Assembly (NCBI GenBank): GCA_039024555.1
Contig: JBCCQQ010000021.1
Location: 22,454-86,453 of the forward strand
Length of the DNA: 64,000 nt
Source of the DNA: Cyanobacteria bacterium P01_D01_bin.156
Lineage (GTDB): Bacteria; Cyanobacteriota; Cyanobacteriia; Phormidesmidales; Phormidesmidaceae
Reading direction: 5' to 3'
How positions within the stretch are numbered: the first letter of the stretch is position 1; the number at the start of each line of letters is the position of its first letter. The translations under genes and the position numbers were made by a program. The notes under the pieces were generated by a model, which had not been told where the DNA came from, made no database searches, and worked only from the letters and a program-made list of their open reading frames with translations. This document shows positions 9,626 through 20,447 of this stretch, piece by piece.

Positions 9626-11047
9626 GTGGTTGCCCTATCTCGCCGTCGTTTTTTTAGTTTCATGGGTGCTGGTGCCGCTGGAGCATTAGCTGTTTCTCCC
9701 CTACAGGCTCTTCTGGCGAAGAAAGCCCTAGGTCAGAACCCTGCTGCAGACCCTTTTGGTCCTTTAGTGCCTAAGCTACCTGCTAACATTGATCCCCGAT
9801 TTAGCCCTGTTTACAGCCTTAAGAATGCAGGTGCCATCCTAGAAGTGCCTGCTGATTTTGAGTACTGTGCATTTCACGTTAGTGGAATGAGAATGAGTGA
9901 CGGCAAACCCTGCCCCAGCGACCACGATGGTATGGCTTGTTTTGCAGGTCCTCGCGGTACTCACATTTTGGTGCAAAACCATGAGTTGAGCCCTGGTGAA
10001 GATGATGGTTCTGGTTTCACAGGGGGAACTGGTCTGGCAAAAGCCTATGACCGTTTTGACCAAAGTGTTCCTGAAGGTCTAGGTGCAGGCGGTACCTCCA
10101 CTATGATCATCACTGATAGAGGGCAAGTACTACGGGACTATGTTTCTTTAGCTGGTACTTACCGTAACTGTGCAGGTGGCCCCACTCCCTGGAATAGCTG
10201 GATTTCTTGTGAGGAGAACGTTAGCACTCCTGATAACAACTCCAATTCCACTGTTAAGCATGGTTATAACTTTGAAGTCCCTGCTCGTGCAGGTCTGGTA
10301 ACGCCTGTGCCCCTGATCGAAATGGGCCGCTTTAACCATGAAGCTGTGGCTATTGACCCTGCTACTGGTTATGTCTACGAGACTGAGGACCGTGGCGATA
10401 GCTGCATTTATCGTTTCAAGCCTAACACTCCTGGTGATTTGGCTAAGGGCGGCGAACTAGAGGTTCTCAAGCTTGTAGATGCTCCCCAAGATACTCGTAC
10501 TGGTGTGCTGTCCTTGCTTAACCAGCCTTTGGCAGTAGAGTGGGTAAGTCTAAACGCCAACGGTGTAAACATTGACCCTGATGAAGACACCCTTCGCTTT
10601 GATTCCCAGGAACTAGGAGGCGCTATCTTTGCTCGTGGTGAAGGTGCTTGGTACGGTAACGGCAAAATCTATTGGGTTTGCACCAGCGGTGGTGATGCTG
10701 GCCAGGGCCAAGTATGGTGCTATGACGATGTTACTGAAACAGTAACTCTGTTTGTTGAGTCCACTGATGAAGTTGAACTCGACAATCCTGACAATATCAC
10801 TGTTGCCCCCGCTGATGGCAGTCTATATCTGTTTGAAGATGGTGGCGGTGACATCTTTGTTGTGGGTGTAACACCCGATGGTGGCTTGTTCAAGTTTGCT
10901 AAGAACATTGCCCCTGGGTTTGAAGGTAGCGAGTTCGCTGGTGGATGCTTCTCTGCGGACGGTACCAAGATGTTCTTTAACATCCAAACACCTGGTATCA
11001 CTATCATGATGTACAGAAAGGATGGTCAACCCATCACAACTGTGTAG
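9626..11047 (+). CDS. phoX: Second PhoX/DUF839-family phosphatase (short subfamily), Tat-exported
   Basis: SRRRFF Tat motif; HDGM, NHE, NCAGG.TPW.SWISCEE, GRFNHEA, PDNI, EFAG..FS motifs. Confidence 0.88.
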   Translation: MVALSRRRFFSFMGAGAAGALAVSPLQALLAKKALGQNPAADPFGPLVPKLPANIDPRFSPVYSLKNAGAILEVPADFEYCAFHVSGMRMSDGKPCPSDHDGMACFAGPRGTHILVQNHELSPGEDDGSGFTGGTGLAKAYDRFDQSVPEGLGAGGTSTMIITDRGQVLRDYVSLAGTYRNCAGGPTPWNSWISCEENVSTPDNNSNSTVKHGYNFEVPARAGLVTPVPLIEMGRFNHEAVAIDPATGYVYETEDRGDSCIYRFKPNTPGDLAKGGELEVLKLVDAPQDTRTGVLSLLNQPLAVEWVSLNANGVNIDPDEDTLRFDSQELGGAIFARGEGAWYGNGKIYWVCTSGGDAGQGQVWCYDDVTETVTLFVESTDEVELDNPDNITVAPADGSLYLFEDGGGDIFVVGVTPDGGLFKFAKNIAPGFEGSEFAGGCFSADGTKMFFNIQTPGITIMMYRKDGQPITTV

Positions 11048-11061
11048 TCAATGAGTGAATT

Positions 11062-11090
11062 CAAGGCAGGCCTAATAAAGGCCTGCCTTG
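11062..11090. terminator. Hairpin terminator between convergent genes
   Basis: caaggcaggcct-aataa-aggcctgccttg. Confidence 0.7.
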
Positions 11091-11135
11091 GTGATAACTC
11101 TTAGTTGTTGACAGACTATGCTTGGCCGAAAACAG

Positions 11136-11609
11136 CTAGCTGTTTTCTAACTGTGTACCTTTTAGCAAGGTACCCTTGAGGTTAGCTCCCTCTAGCTGAA
11201 CGTTCTCTAAATTGGCGCCTATTAGAGCGGCACTGTTTAGATTGGCACCTTTCAAATTAGCACCTGCCAGGTTAGCGTTTCGCAGACTTGCACTTTGTAA
11301 GTTTGCCTCTATCAAACAAGCTCCCCTAAGGTTGCTTCCTTCTAGGTCCGCTCCTTCTAAATCCGCCCCAGATAGATCCGCATTTTCTAGATTGGCGTTG
11401 CGAATATTGGCATCCACCAGATTAGCTTTTCTCAAACAGGACTCTTGCAGATTAGTTTGTCGAAAAAGCACACCATCTAAGCTGGCAGATTCTAGGTTAA
11501 TACCCGATAAATCTTTCTGCTTAAATTTTAGATCGTCTAGTTCAGCCTTTGAAAAATCGCGTTCGCCTGCGGCGTAGTTTGCCAGAACATCTTGAACCGT
11601 TAGTTTCAT
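11136..11609 (-). CDS. Pentapeptide repeat protein
   Basis: N-terminal 'Y.AGERDFS' and A(D/N)LxG repeats. Confidence 0.92.
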   Translation of the reverse strand: MKLTVQDVLANYAAGERDFSKAELDDLKFKQKDLSGINLESASLDGVLFRQTNLQESCLRKANLVDANIRNANLENADLSGADLEGADLEGSNLRGACLIEANLQSASLRNANLAGANLKGANLNSAALIGANLENVQLEGANLKGTLLKGTQLENS

Positions 11610-12114
11610 TGAAAATTACCTGTTACGAGTGATGGAACAGTTATCTTTGTCTCTCCCTATTGGGGCACACGATTGTGTGTCCCTTTTTCAGGTTCAAGAT
11701 ACATAAGAGCTTTACCCACACAGCCACAGTGGTAAACCGCTTCCTATCTTATTCGTTAGCTGAATGAAGATGGATTTAGAACAGGTTAAGGAAGGATAAT
11801 TGGAGACCAAAATTAACACCCAATAGTTTGGTTGTCCATAAAGTTTGCTCAATGGCAATGTCACGTTAAAGCTAATAGGACTCGACCGGGTGTCTACACA
11901 GTGGTGTCTATTTCATGGCAATGTCGTTCCATCTGAATAAAATATAGATTTTTTATCAATGGGTTTTGTGAAATGAATCGCTGAAATGAGTCAGTGTGAG
12001 TCACCCTGTAGTTAGGGAACAACCGCTATCCTTCCCAAGCAACACCAGAAACTTGGATGGATAGTTGCCTCTCACAGATCTCATTTTCTCTTCACTTTGC
12101 TCGGAGTCTGAGCC

Positions 12115-12339
12115 ATGAAAAAGCTGCAAAATCCTGTTGATGAAGGATGGAGCGTTCATATTTATGATCGGCAACGTCGTCTTCTCTGTGCCTTAGAACC
12201 ATCTCATGGTTGGATCTTCTTGCTGGGCTGTGCGTTTGGTCTAGTGCTAGCGATCATCTGGTTTAATGTGGCGCCAAACTCAGAAACAACCGTCCCTAGG
12301 GAGCCTTTACCAAAATCTCCGATGCTTCAAGTTGATTAG
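12115..12339 (+). CDS. Small hypothetical membrane protein
   Basis: GGAG RBS, ATG start, one TM helix. Confidence 0.6.
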   Translation: MKKLQNPVDEGWSVHIYDRQRRLLCALEPSHGWIFLLGCAFGLVLAIIWFNVAPNSETTVPREPLPKSPMLQVD

Positions 12340-12486
12340 GCAACGATACTATCTGGCCTTCGTCTTGTGCAGGTTTGAGTATGAACAAGCAAACTACCCA
12401 AGATAACTGGGTAGGCATAAACAACTGTCTTCGCAGCGATCTATCGCGGCTCAGTTGATGCCACCAGTCCATCAACCCAGAATCAG

Positions 12487-12531
12487 AATGTAGCAAGGTC
12501 AAACCAGTCGTTGGTTTGACCTTGCTACATT
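12487..12531. repeat. Perfect 20-bp inverted repeat
   Basis: aatgtagcaaggtcaaacca-gtcgt-tggtttgaccttgctacatt. Confidence 0.8.
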
Positions 12532-13014
12532 TTGATGCCCACAAGTAGCCACAATCAATACCTGATAACGCTTTCAACACCATTCAGCAAATTCTCTAAT
12601 AGGTATTGCACAGGTACTCAAAGCCGTTGCAAATGCGAATAGCATCAGCTAGACATATATATGGACACTTTATATAAAAGTAAAACTTATATCTAAGATT
12701 TAGCATTACATTCAAAATTCGTGTGTGACATCGCAAAATCTCAAGTTTTTTAAGATAGACTTAAATACATAAGAAGTCAGTTAAAGATTGATTTCACTCT
12801 ATGAGTTGCGCTACAGATTTGTGTTTTTTACGTAAGTTTGTAGAGTAACTAATTCTTCTAACATTTCCTATCTGTCGATGGATAGAGATTGTTGAAGCAC
12901 CTGCGCTACGGGAGTGCAGCCATGCACTCCTGATTTCTTTAACTTTTGATAATTCAACTAACTGCAATTACCGCTCTTCTGCATTGGGGCGGTGGAAAGA
13001 GGAGGTATTACAAC

Positions 13015-14151
13015 ATGGATTTTTTGTCCGATTTTTTAGCAAACTTCGTAGCGAAGTTACAGTCTCCAACACTTGGCTTTTTGATTGGAGGCGGTGTGGT
13101 TGCCGCCCTCGGTAGCAGGTTGGCCATTCCAGAAGCCATCTACAAGTTTGTTGTCTTCATGCTACTGATCAAAGTTGGTCTGAGTGGCGGCATTGCTATC
13201 CGTAATGCCAATCTGGCGGAGATGCTGTTGCCTGCAGTGTTTGCTGTGGCAACAGGAATGCTAATTGTCTTTATCGGGCGTTACACCTTGGCCAAGCTGC
13301 CAAACGTTAGAGTCGTAGATGCGATCGCAACCGCAGGCTTGTTCGGAGCTGTGAGTGGTTCTACCATGGCCGCTGCGCTAACCCTGATGGAAGTAGAAGG
13401 TATGCAGTACGAGCCCTGGGCCGCTGCGTTGTACCCTTTTATGGATATTCCAGCCCTGGTAACCGCAATTGTTTTAGCTAGCATTTACACCAGTAAACAG
13501 CGTGACAAGTATCTGGCAAAAGAGGAAATACTCAGCAAGCAGTCTGTTGCTGTCGGCGGATATGCCAGCGAGCAAGGCAGTAGCACAGGCGGATATGCCA
13601 GCGGTACTAGCAGATCTTCCAGAGAGGAGCGCGTTCCCGGAGGAGAGCGGGTTAGGATTTGGCCCATCGTCAAGGAAAGTCTTCAGGGATCTGCCCTCTC
13701 CGCACTGTTGCTCGGTATTGCCTTAGGTTTATTAACCCGACCGGAAAGTGTTTATGAGAGCTTCTTTAATCCTCTCTTCCGTGGCTTGCTTTCGATATTG
13801 ATGCTAGTCATGGGTATGGAAGCTACGGCAAGGATTGGTGAACTGCGTAAGGTGGCCCAGTGGTATGCCGTATACGCGTTTATTGCCCCACTGCTCCATG
13901 GATTTCTTGCCTTTGGTCTTGGCATGATTGCCCACGTTTTGACAGGCTTTAGCGCCGGTGGCGTTGTGATTATGGCCGTTATTGCAGCATCTAGCTCAGA
14001 TATCTCAGGCCCACCCACGTTACGGGCTGGGATCCCTTCAGCGAATCCCTCCGCCTATATTGGTTCATCCACAGCTGTCGGCACACCAGTTGCGATCGCG
14101 ATTGGCATCCCCCTATACATTGCTCTCGCCCAGGCACTGATGGGTGGCTAA
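13015..14151 (+). CDS. sbtA: Na+-dependent bicarbonate transporter SbtA
   Basis: MDFLS.F...LQSPTLGFLIGG start, FGAVSGST, YPFMDIPAL, SSSDISGPPTLRAGIPSANPS; GGAGG RBS before ATG 13015. Confidence 0.95.
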   Translation: MDFLSDFLANFVAKLQSPTLGFLIGGGVVAALGSRLAIPEAIYKFVVFMLLIKVGLSGGIAIRNANLAEMLLPAVFAVATGMLIVFIGRYTLAKLPNVRVVDAIATAGLFGAVSGSTMAAALTLMEVEGMQYEPWAAALYPFMDIPALVTAIVLASIYTSKQRDKYLAKEEILSKQSVAVGGYASEQGSSTGGYASGTSRSSREERVPGGERVRIWPIVKESLQGSALSALLLGIALGLLTRPESVYESFFNPLFRGLLSILMLVMGMEATARIGELRKVAQWYAVYAFIAPLLHGFLAFGLGMIAHVLTGFSAGGVVIMAVIAASSSDISGPPTLRAGIPSANPSAYIGSSTAVGTPVAIAIGIPLYIALAQALMGG

Positions 14152-14172
14152 CGGGCCAACACAACAATCTGA

Positions 14173-14562
<390 letters not shown>

Positions 14563-14571
14563 TTCCAAACC

Positions 14572-14662
14572 GCCGTTGCTGATTTATAGGTTGGACCGAT
14601 CTGGTGACGCTCAACTGTGCCAGATTCTTGAAGAAAACATCATCCCGAGGAGCAGCAACGCC
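14572..14662. mobile_element. 91-bp MITE-like element, copy 1
   Basis: TIRs gccgttgctga...gcagcaacgcc; interior closely similar to the copy at 26759. Confidence 0.75.
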
Positions 14663-14752
14663 CCAACCCCAGTAACTCAGCAAGTTCAAGCAGCCGGGGC
14701 ATGTCCCCGGCTTTCCTACTTGGTTATTGAAATCTGGAGAGTAAAAAGAAAA

Positions 14753-14803
14753 ATTAACCAACAGTTAACCTCTTCACAGTTGCTAATTTTGGTGTTTTAA
14801 GAT
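14753..14803 (+). promoter_or_regulatory. Pho box-like site and putative -10 upstream of the GDPD/phytase-like gene
   Basis: TTAACCA (14754) and TTAACCT (14765) 11 bp apart; TAAGAT at 14798. Confidence 0.6.
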
Positions 14804-15216
14804 TTGCTCTGATAAAAACATCTTTAGGGTCAGCAACAATACCTCTTCAACCAGAGGTAGCTTGTATCAGCGTTCGGTTATCACTCCGAGGTTAACAGAA
14901 CAAAAAGAACAGATTACAGTATCGAGAATTTACACGTTGAGTTTTATGTCCTGCTAACAAACAGAGGTTTACGAAATTTATTGTTCACAGTTTCCTCGTC
15001 AAACGACTTGTCTCCTTACCTAAAAAAGAATTTTAGATAGCAGCTATTTTCTGTTTAACAGTATGAAAATGTTTTGTTAACCTGCCTCTGAAATATTGCT
15101 CAGGGGGATTTTCAAAATCCAAAAACAGATTATAGCGAAGGGGCTCTCACTTCTTTGGAGAAGTGACTGGTTTCTTCCTGCATACATAGCTCACTTAATG
15201 TTCTTCAGAGGTAAAG

Positions 15217-18200
15217 ATGGTTACCTTAAAAGGGTTTGCTTCTCTACCAGCCGATACCTTCGCCGATGGTCCTTCGTCTGGTTCAGATAATGGTCGTATT
15301 GATGCAATTAACCGAATTCAACCAATCTCTGCCAATGGTCGCAGCGGCCCTTTTGATGGGCAACCAGTACAGGGATTTAGCGGTGTCCAATTTGCCCCCA
15401 ACACCGATGATCAAACCTTCTGGTTTTTATCCGACAATGGATTTGGTGGAGAAAGCAACAGTACTGACTATCTGTTGAGAATTTACCAAGCCAAGCCTAG
15501 TTTTAATGGTCAAGGGGGCGATGGTAGTGTCGATATCCAAGGGTTTGTTCAGCTGAGCGATCCTAGCGGTTTAATCCCGTTTGACATTCAAAATGGTGAT
15601 AGCGGCGAGCGGCTATTAACGGGTGCAGATTTTGATATTGAGTCATTTGTTATCGACAATAACGGTGACATTTGGGTAGGTGAAGAGTTTGGTCCCTACA
15701 TTTTGCACTTCAACAGTGAAGGGGAACTGCTAGAAGCCCCCATTGCCACCCCTAATCCGGTGGATCTAAATACCTTAAATGGTCAGGACCCTTTGGTGAT
15801 TGCGCACCGGGGTGCTAGCGGTGATTTTCCTGAGCATACTCTTGAAGCGTATCGAGCTGCGATCGCAGCTGGGACAGACTTTATTGAACCCGATGTCGTC
15901 ACCACCAGCGACGGTGTTCTGATTGCTCGCCACGAGCCCATGTTGGACGATACTACCAACGTGGCCGAGGTGTTTGGTCCCGAGCGCATGAGCACCAAGA
16001 ATCTGGACGGTGCTGAAGTTACTGCTTACTTTGCAGAAGACTTTACTTGGGAAGAAATCCAACAGCTGCGTGCGGTTCAGCCCCGCCCCTACCGCGATCA
16101 AAACTTCAATGAACTGTTTAAGATTCCTAGCCTAGAGCAGGTGATTGAACTGGTTCAAGAAGTGGAAGCTCAAACCGGTGTTCAGGTGGGTATCTATCCT
16201 GAGACTAAGCACCCCACCTTCTTTGATGATCAGGGTCTCTCCTTAGAAGAGCCTCTGGTTCAGACATTGCAGGACACTGGTTTCACCGACCCCAACCGGA
16301 TCTTTATCCAGTCCTTTGAATTTGCGAACCTACTCGACCTCAGCAATCAGCTGGATGCAGTTGGGCTAGGTGACATTCCTCTGGTACAGCTCTTTGGAGA
16401 TACTGAAAATCAGTTTATTAACGAAGGTGGCGGCGGCTTCTCCGTTCCCTACGACTTCGTTGCCAACGTTAGCAACACTCAAACAATTGTTTCCACCGAC
16501 GCCACTGACAATAACATTGTGGCCTCTGCTCCAGATGCCCCCGGTGGTGATGTGGTTGACATCTCCGTTGACTTAAACGATGGGGGTGCCCCCACCAACG
16601 GTCTGCTGCGGTTTAACAACATTGTTCTGCCTGAGGGAGCAACCCTAGAGAGTGCTTCGCTTTCGGTTTACACCAACAGCGCTTCTGACGGGACCATTTC
16701 CGCATTCCAGATGCTGCAAGCTTGGGATGACAGCAGCACCTGGAACAGCTTTGGTGGCGATGGCATCCAGGCAGATGGTGTAGAAGCGGCCACTGAAACT
16801 TCTTTTACCCTTGAGCAGCCTACCGATGAAACCCTGCTAAACATTGACGTCACTGCTGATGTAGAAGCTTGGTTGGCCAACCCCGACTCAAACCAGGGCT
16901 GGGTATTCCTGAACGATTCTGGCGACGGTTGGGACTTTTGGTCCTCTGAATTTACCGACGATCCAGCCTTGGTGCCTCAGCTCTCCCTGACCCTTAACAC
17001 CCCCGGTCAGATCAATGATGCAGAGCTAGCGGAAATCTACGGTGACCTGGTTAACATCATTGATTTCTCCAGCGCCCCCACCTACGCTGACCTGGCGAAC
17101 CAGGAAGCCCTAGACTACATCACCACCTATGCCGATGGTCTAGGTCCTTGGAAGAACAACATTCTTCTACGGGAACCCATCGATACTCCAGTGGATGGCA
17201 ACGGTGACGGTATTGCCGAAATTAGCACCCAGCTCACCGGTGAGATCTTCCCACTGATTGACCTGGCCCATAACGCGGACCTGCAGGTTCACCCCTACAC
17301 GCTGCGGGATGAAGAGCGCTTCCTAACGCTAAATCCAGATGGCACCCCCCAGACGCCTGAGCAGGAATTTCAACAGCTGGTGGAACTTGGTGCCGATGGC
17401 TTCTTCACTGATTTCCCCCGTACGGGCGATCCGGTGGTGGATAAGCTCACCTCCGACGAAGTGCGCTCTCCCAATAACCCTGACTTTGACTTCAACACCC
17501 TCAACGGTCAGACTCCTCTGGTAATTGCCCACCGGGGTGACAGTGGTAACTTCCCTGAGCACACCCTAGAGGCCTATCGTTCTGCCATCCTTCAGGGGGC
17601 TGACTTTATTGAGCCTGACCTGGCGATTACGAGCGATGGTGTTCTGATTGCCCGCCATGAGCCCATCTTGGATGACACGACTAACGTTGCTGAGATATTT
17701 GGCGAAGAGCGTAAGTCCACTAAGGTGCTTGATGGTCAAGAGATCACGGCCTACTTTGCTGAGGACTTCACCCTTGAAGAAATCAAGCAGCTAAGCGCGG
17801 TTCAATCCCGCGACTTCCGCAGCGATGAGTTTGATGGTCAGTTTGAGATTCCTACGTTCCAGGAAGTGATTGAACTGGTTCAAGAAATGGAAGCGGACTA
17901 TGGTTTCGAAGTGGGTATCTACCCTGAAACCAAGCATCCTACGTTCTTTGATGAGCAAGGGCTGTCCCTGGAAGAACCGCTGGTTCAAACCTTGGTGGAT
18001 ACTGGATTTACGGATCGCGATCGCATCTTTATCCAGTCCTTTGAAATCTCCAACCTGCTGGATCTGCGCAATAACATCTTGCCCGAAGCCGGTCTAGATG
18101 ACCTGCAGCTGGTACAGCTCTTTGGGGATACCCAAGGCAGCTTTATCAACGAAGGTGGCGGCGGTTTCTCCGTTCCCTTTGACGTAGTAGCCAATTCTGA

Positions 18201-20181
18201 CCTATCTGACCCCGAGAAAGAAGCCATCTACGGTGACCTAACATCCTTCCTCGACTTTGAGAATCCTGGATACGATTCTTTGGCTAATGCCGAAGCCATT
18301 ACTGAAATCAGCAGCTACGCTGACGGCCTTGGCCCCTGGAAGAACAACATTCTCCTACGGGAATCCATTCCCACATCTGAAGACCGCGATGGTAACGGCA
18401 CCAACGAAACCATTCTGCAGCGTCTGGCGTTCGACACCACTGAGGGTTCCTTTACTGGAATTCTTTCCTACAACAGTGAACTAATCACTGGCGAAGGCAC
18501 TGAGGTAATCGACCCATTCACCGGTGCTGTTGAGTTAGACATCGACTTCTTCGGTACTACACTCACAGAAGAAGACGATACTCTGTTTGACTTCTTCCCC
18601 CAGGTATTCCTAGAGGATGGTACCGTTGTTGACCTCGACTATACGGTATTAACCGATGACCTACTCTTCTCCATCTCCGGTGAGCCCAATGAGCTCACGG
18701 TTGATTTTGAAGTCGGTCCTATAGAAGCGCCCACATTAGCTGGCGAGGGAACTGTTGAACTGATTTCTCCCGAAATTAGTTCTCAGCTCACAGGTGAAAT
18801 CATACCTCTGGTTGACTATGCCCACGATGCTGGTCTACAGATTCATCCCTACACGCTGCGGGATGAGCCCCGATTCCTAACGCTTAACCCCGATGGCACA
18901 CCTCAAATTACTGGCGAAGAGTTTGAGCAACTCATCGAACTAGGCGTAGATGGGTTCTTCACTGACTTCCCCGAAACCGGTCGAATCGTTGTTGAACAGT
19001 TTGAAACCGCTGAAGAGTTTGCGAACCTACGCGGTTCTCGTGGTTATGAGGGCATGGCCTTTAGCCCCGACCGTCAGACGCTGTACCCAATGTTAGAGGG
19101 TACTGTCTTTGGCGATCCCGCCGGTTCGTTACGCATCTATGAATTTGATGTAGCCAGCAGCGCCTTCGAAGGCATTGTGGGGCTATACCAAATGGATGCT
19201 AATAACCACGCCATCGGTGACTTCACTCCCATCAACGATAACGAGTATCTCGTAATTGAGCGGGATGGTCGTCAAGGTGCAGACGCTGCCTTCAAGAAGA
19301 TCTTCAAGGTGGATCTGTCTAACATAGATGAGGATGGCTTTGTTGAGAAGACAGAAGTAGCTGACCTATTGAACATTGCCGATCCTGACGATCTCAATGG
19401 CGATGGTGAAACTAGCTTTTCCTTCCCATTCGTCACCATTGAGGATGTGCTTGTCTTAGACGAGAACACTATCCTGGTAGCCAACGACAATAACTATCCC
19501 TTCTCCATCGGTCGTGGCTTTACTGGTCAAGAGATTGACAATAATGAAGTCATTGTTCTAGAGCTAGACAATCCTCTGGCCCTAGATTCTCGCCTAGGAA
19601 CTGCAGGTATTCCTGAGCCTGCACCGATCTTGGGTGATGAGGGTGAGAATGTGCTTGTCGGTACCGTTAGCAATAACACTATTGCTGGTGGCTTAAGCGG
19701 TGACATTATCTCCGGTGGTGATGGTGATGACGTGTTGCGGGGTGACCTCAACAGTCGTGATCCTCAGGGTAATGCCGGTGGTGATGACCTGATCTTCGGT
19801 GGGGCCGGTAACGACCGCATTGGTGGTAAGGGCGGCAACGATGAACTCTTTGGTGATGCTGGCGATGACCTGCTTTGGGGTGATGCTGGCGATGACATCC
19901 TACGGGGTGACCTGGGTAACGATACGCTAACGGGTGATAACTTCTCCGGTGGTAGTGGTTCCGATACCTTTATTCTGGCGACTGGTGAAGGAACCGATAC
20001 GATCACTGACTTTGAACTTGGCACTGACTTTATTGGTCTTGCTGACGGGTTAACCTTCGAACAGTTATCTCTAGGTCAGAATGGTGATAGTGCGGTCATT
20101 ACCGTTGGTGATGAAGACCTTGCATTCCTCAATGGAGTGACTGCTTCTGCACTAACAGAGACGTCCTTTACTTTGGTCTAA
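15217..20181 (+). CDS. Secreted multidomain phosphoesterase: split phytase-like (esterase-like activity of phytase) domain enclosing two glycerophosphodiester phosphodiesterase domains with inserted modules; C-terminal RTX repeats
   Basis: QGFSG/LSDNGFG/DFDIES/EEFGP N-half; two VIAHRG..G..PEHTLEAY / DFIEPD / GIYPETKHP / GFFTDFP units; NL.GSRGYEGMA/ANDNNYP C-half; GGxGxD repeats. Confidence 0.9.
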   Translation: MVTLKGFASLPADTFADGPSSGSDNGRIDAINRIQPISANGRSGPFDGQPVQGFSGVQFAPNTDDQTFWFLSDNGFGGESNSTDYLLRIYQAKPSFNGQGGDGSVDIQGFVQLSDPSGLIPFDIQNGDSGERLLTGADFDIESFVIDNNGDIWVGEEFGPYILHFNSEGELLEAPIATPNPVDLNTLNGQDPLVIAHRGASGDFPEHTLEAYRAAIAAGTDFIEPDVVTTSDGVLIARHEPMLDDTTNVAEVFGPERMSTKNLDGAEVTAYFAEDFTWEEIQQLRAVQPRPYRDQNFNELFKIPSLEQVIELVQEVEAQTGVQVGIYPETKHPTFFDDQGLSLEEPLVQTLQDTGFTDPNRIFIQSFEFANLLDLSNQLDAVGLGDIPLVQLFGDTENQFINEGGGGFSVPYDFVANVSNTQTIVSTDATDNNIVASAPDAPGGDVVDISVDLNDGGAPTNGLLRFNNIVLPEGATLESASLSVYTNSASDGTISAFQMLQAWDDSSTWNSFGGDGIQADGVEAATETSFTLEQPTDETLLNIDVTADVEAWLANPDSNQGWVFLNDSGDGWDFWSSEFTDDPALVPQLSLTLNTPGQINDAELAEIYGDLVNIIDFSSAPTYADLANQEALDYITTYADGLGPWKNNILLREPIDTPVDGNGDGIAEISTQLTGEIFPLIDLAHNADLQVHPYTLRDEERFLTLNPDGTPQTPEQEFQQLVELGADGFFTDFPRTGDPVVDKLTSDEVRSPNNPDFDFNTLNGQTPLVIAHRGDSGNFPEHTLEAYRSAILQGADFIEPDLAITSDGVLIARHEPILDDTTNVAEIFGEERKSTKVLDGQEITAYFAEDFTLEEIKQLSAVQSRDFRSDEFDGQFEIPTFQEVIELVQEMEADYGFEVGIYPETKHPTFFDEQGLSLEEPLVQTLVDTGFTDRDRIFIQSFEISNLLDLRNNILPEAGLDDLQLVQLFGDTQGSFINEGGGGFSVPFDVVANSDLSDPEKEAIYGDLTSFLDFENPGYDSLANAEAITEISSYADGLGPWKNNILLRESIPTSEDRDGNGTNETILQRLAFDTTEGSFTGILSYNSELITGEGTEVIDPFTGAVELDIDFFGTTLTEEDDTLFDFFPQVFLEDGTVVDLDYTVLTDDLLFSISGEPNELTVDFEVGPIEAPTLAGEGTVELISPEISSQLTGEIIPLVDYAHDAGLQIHPYTLRDEPRFLTLNPDGTPQITGEEFEQLIELGVDGFFTDFPETGRIVVEQFETAEEFANLRGSRGYEGMAFSPDRQTLYPMLEGTVFGDPAGSLRIYEFDVASSAFEGIVGLYQMDANNHAIGDFTPINDNEYLVIERDGRQGADAAFKKIFKVDLSNIDEDGFVEKTEVADLLNIADPDDLNGDGETSFSFPFVTIEDVLVLDENTILVANDNNYPFSIGRGFTGQEIDNNEVIVLELDNPLALDSRLGTAGIPEPAPILGDEGENVLVGTVSNNTIAGGLSGDIISGGDGDDVLRGDLNSRDPQGNAGGDDLIFGGAGNDRIGGKGGNDELFGDAGDDLLWGDAGDDILRGDLGNDTLTGDNFSGGSGSDTFILATGEGTDTITDFELGTDFIGLADGLTFEQLSLGQNGDSAVITVGDEDLAFLNGVTASALTETSFTLV

Positions 20182-20238
20182 GCGTTTATCAAAGACAAAT
20201 CTAAATTCATCTAGGTTTGTTTTCCCTTTGGACTCAAT

Positions 20239-20271
20239 AGGCAGCGAAGAAAACCTCTTCGCTGCTTTTTT
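20239..20271 (+). terminator. Rho-independent terminator
   Basis: aggcagcgaaga-aaacc-tcttcgctgc followed by T6. Confidence 0.8.
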
Positions 20272-20447
20272 ACGTAATTCACTACGAATAAAGTCAAGAT
20301 TTCACCGTCAGCATGGCAAGACTGCTAGCTAATGGTCAGTTTATCGAAGCGGCCTATATGGAAATGTTTTTTGGGAAATTTCCTCAGCGTTCTGATGATA
20401 GAAAGCTAGAGAATTGGTGATTTAATTCCATGAAGATAATTTAAAGC

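Noticed and set aside
12660..12780. CcmR/NdhR (LysR-type) operator upstream of sbtA
   Set aside because: Only imperfect ATA(A/G)-N8/9-(T/A)(T/C)AT matches in AT-rich DNA; plausible but not supportable.
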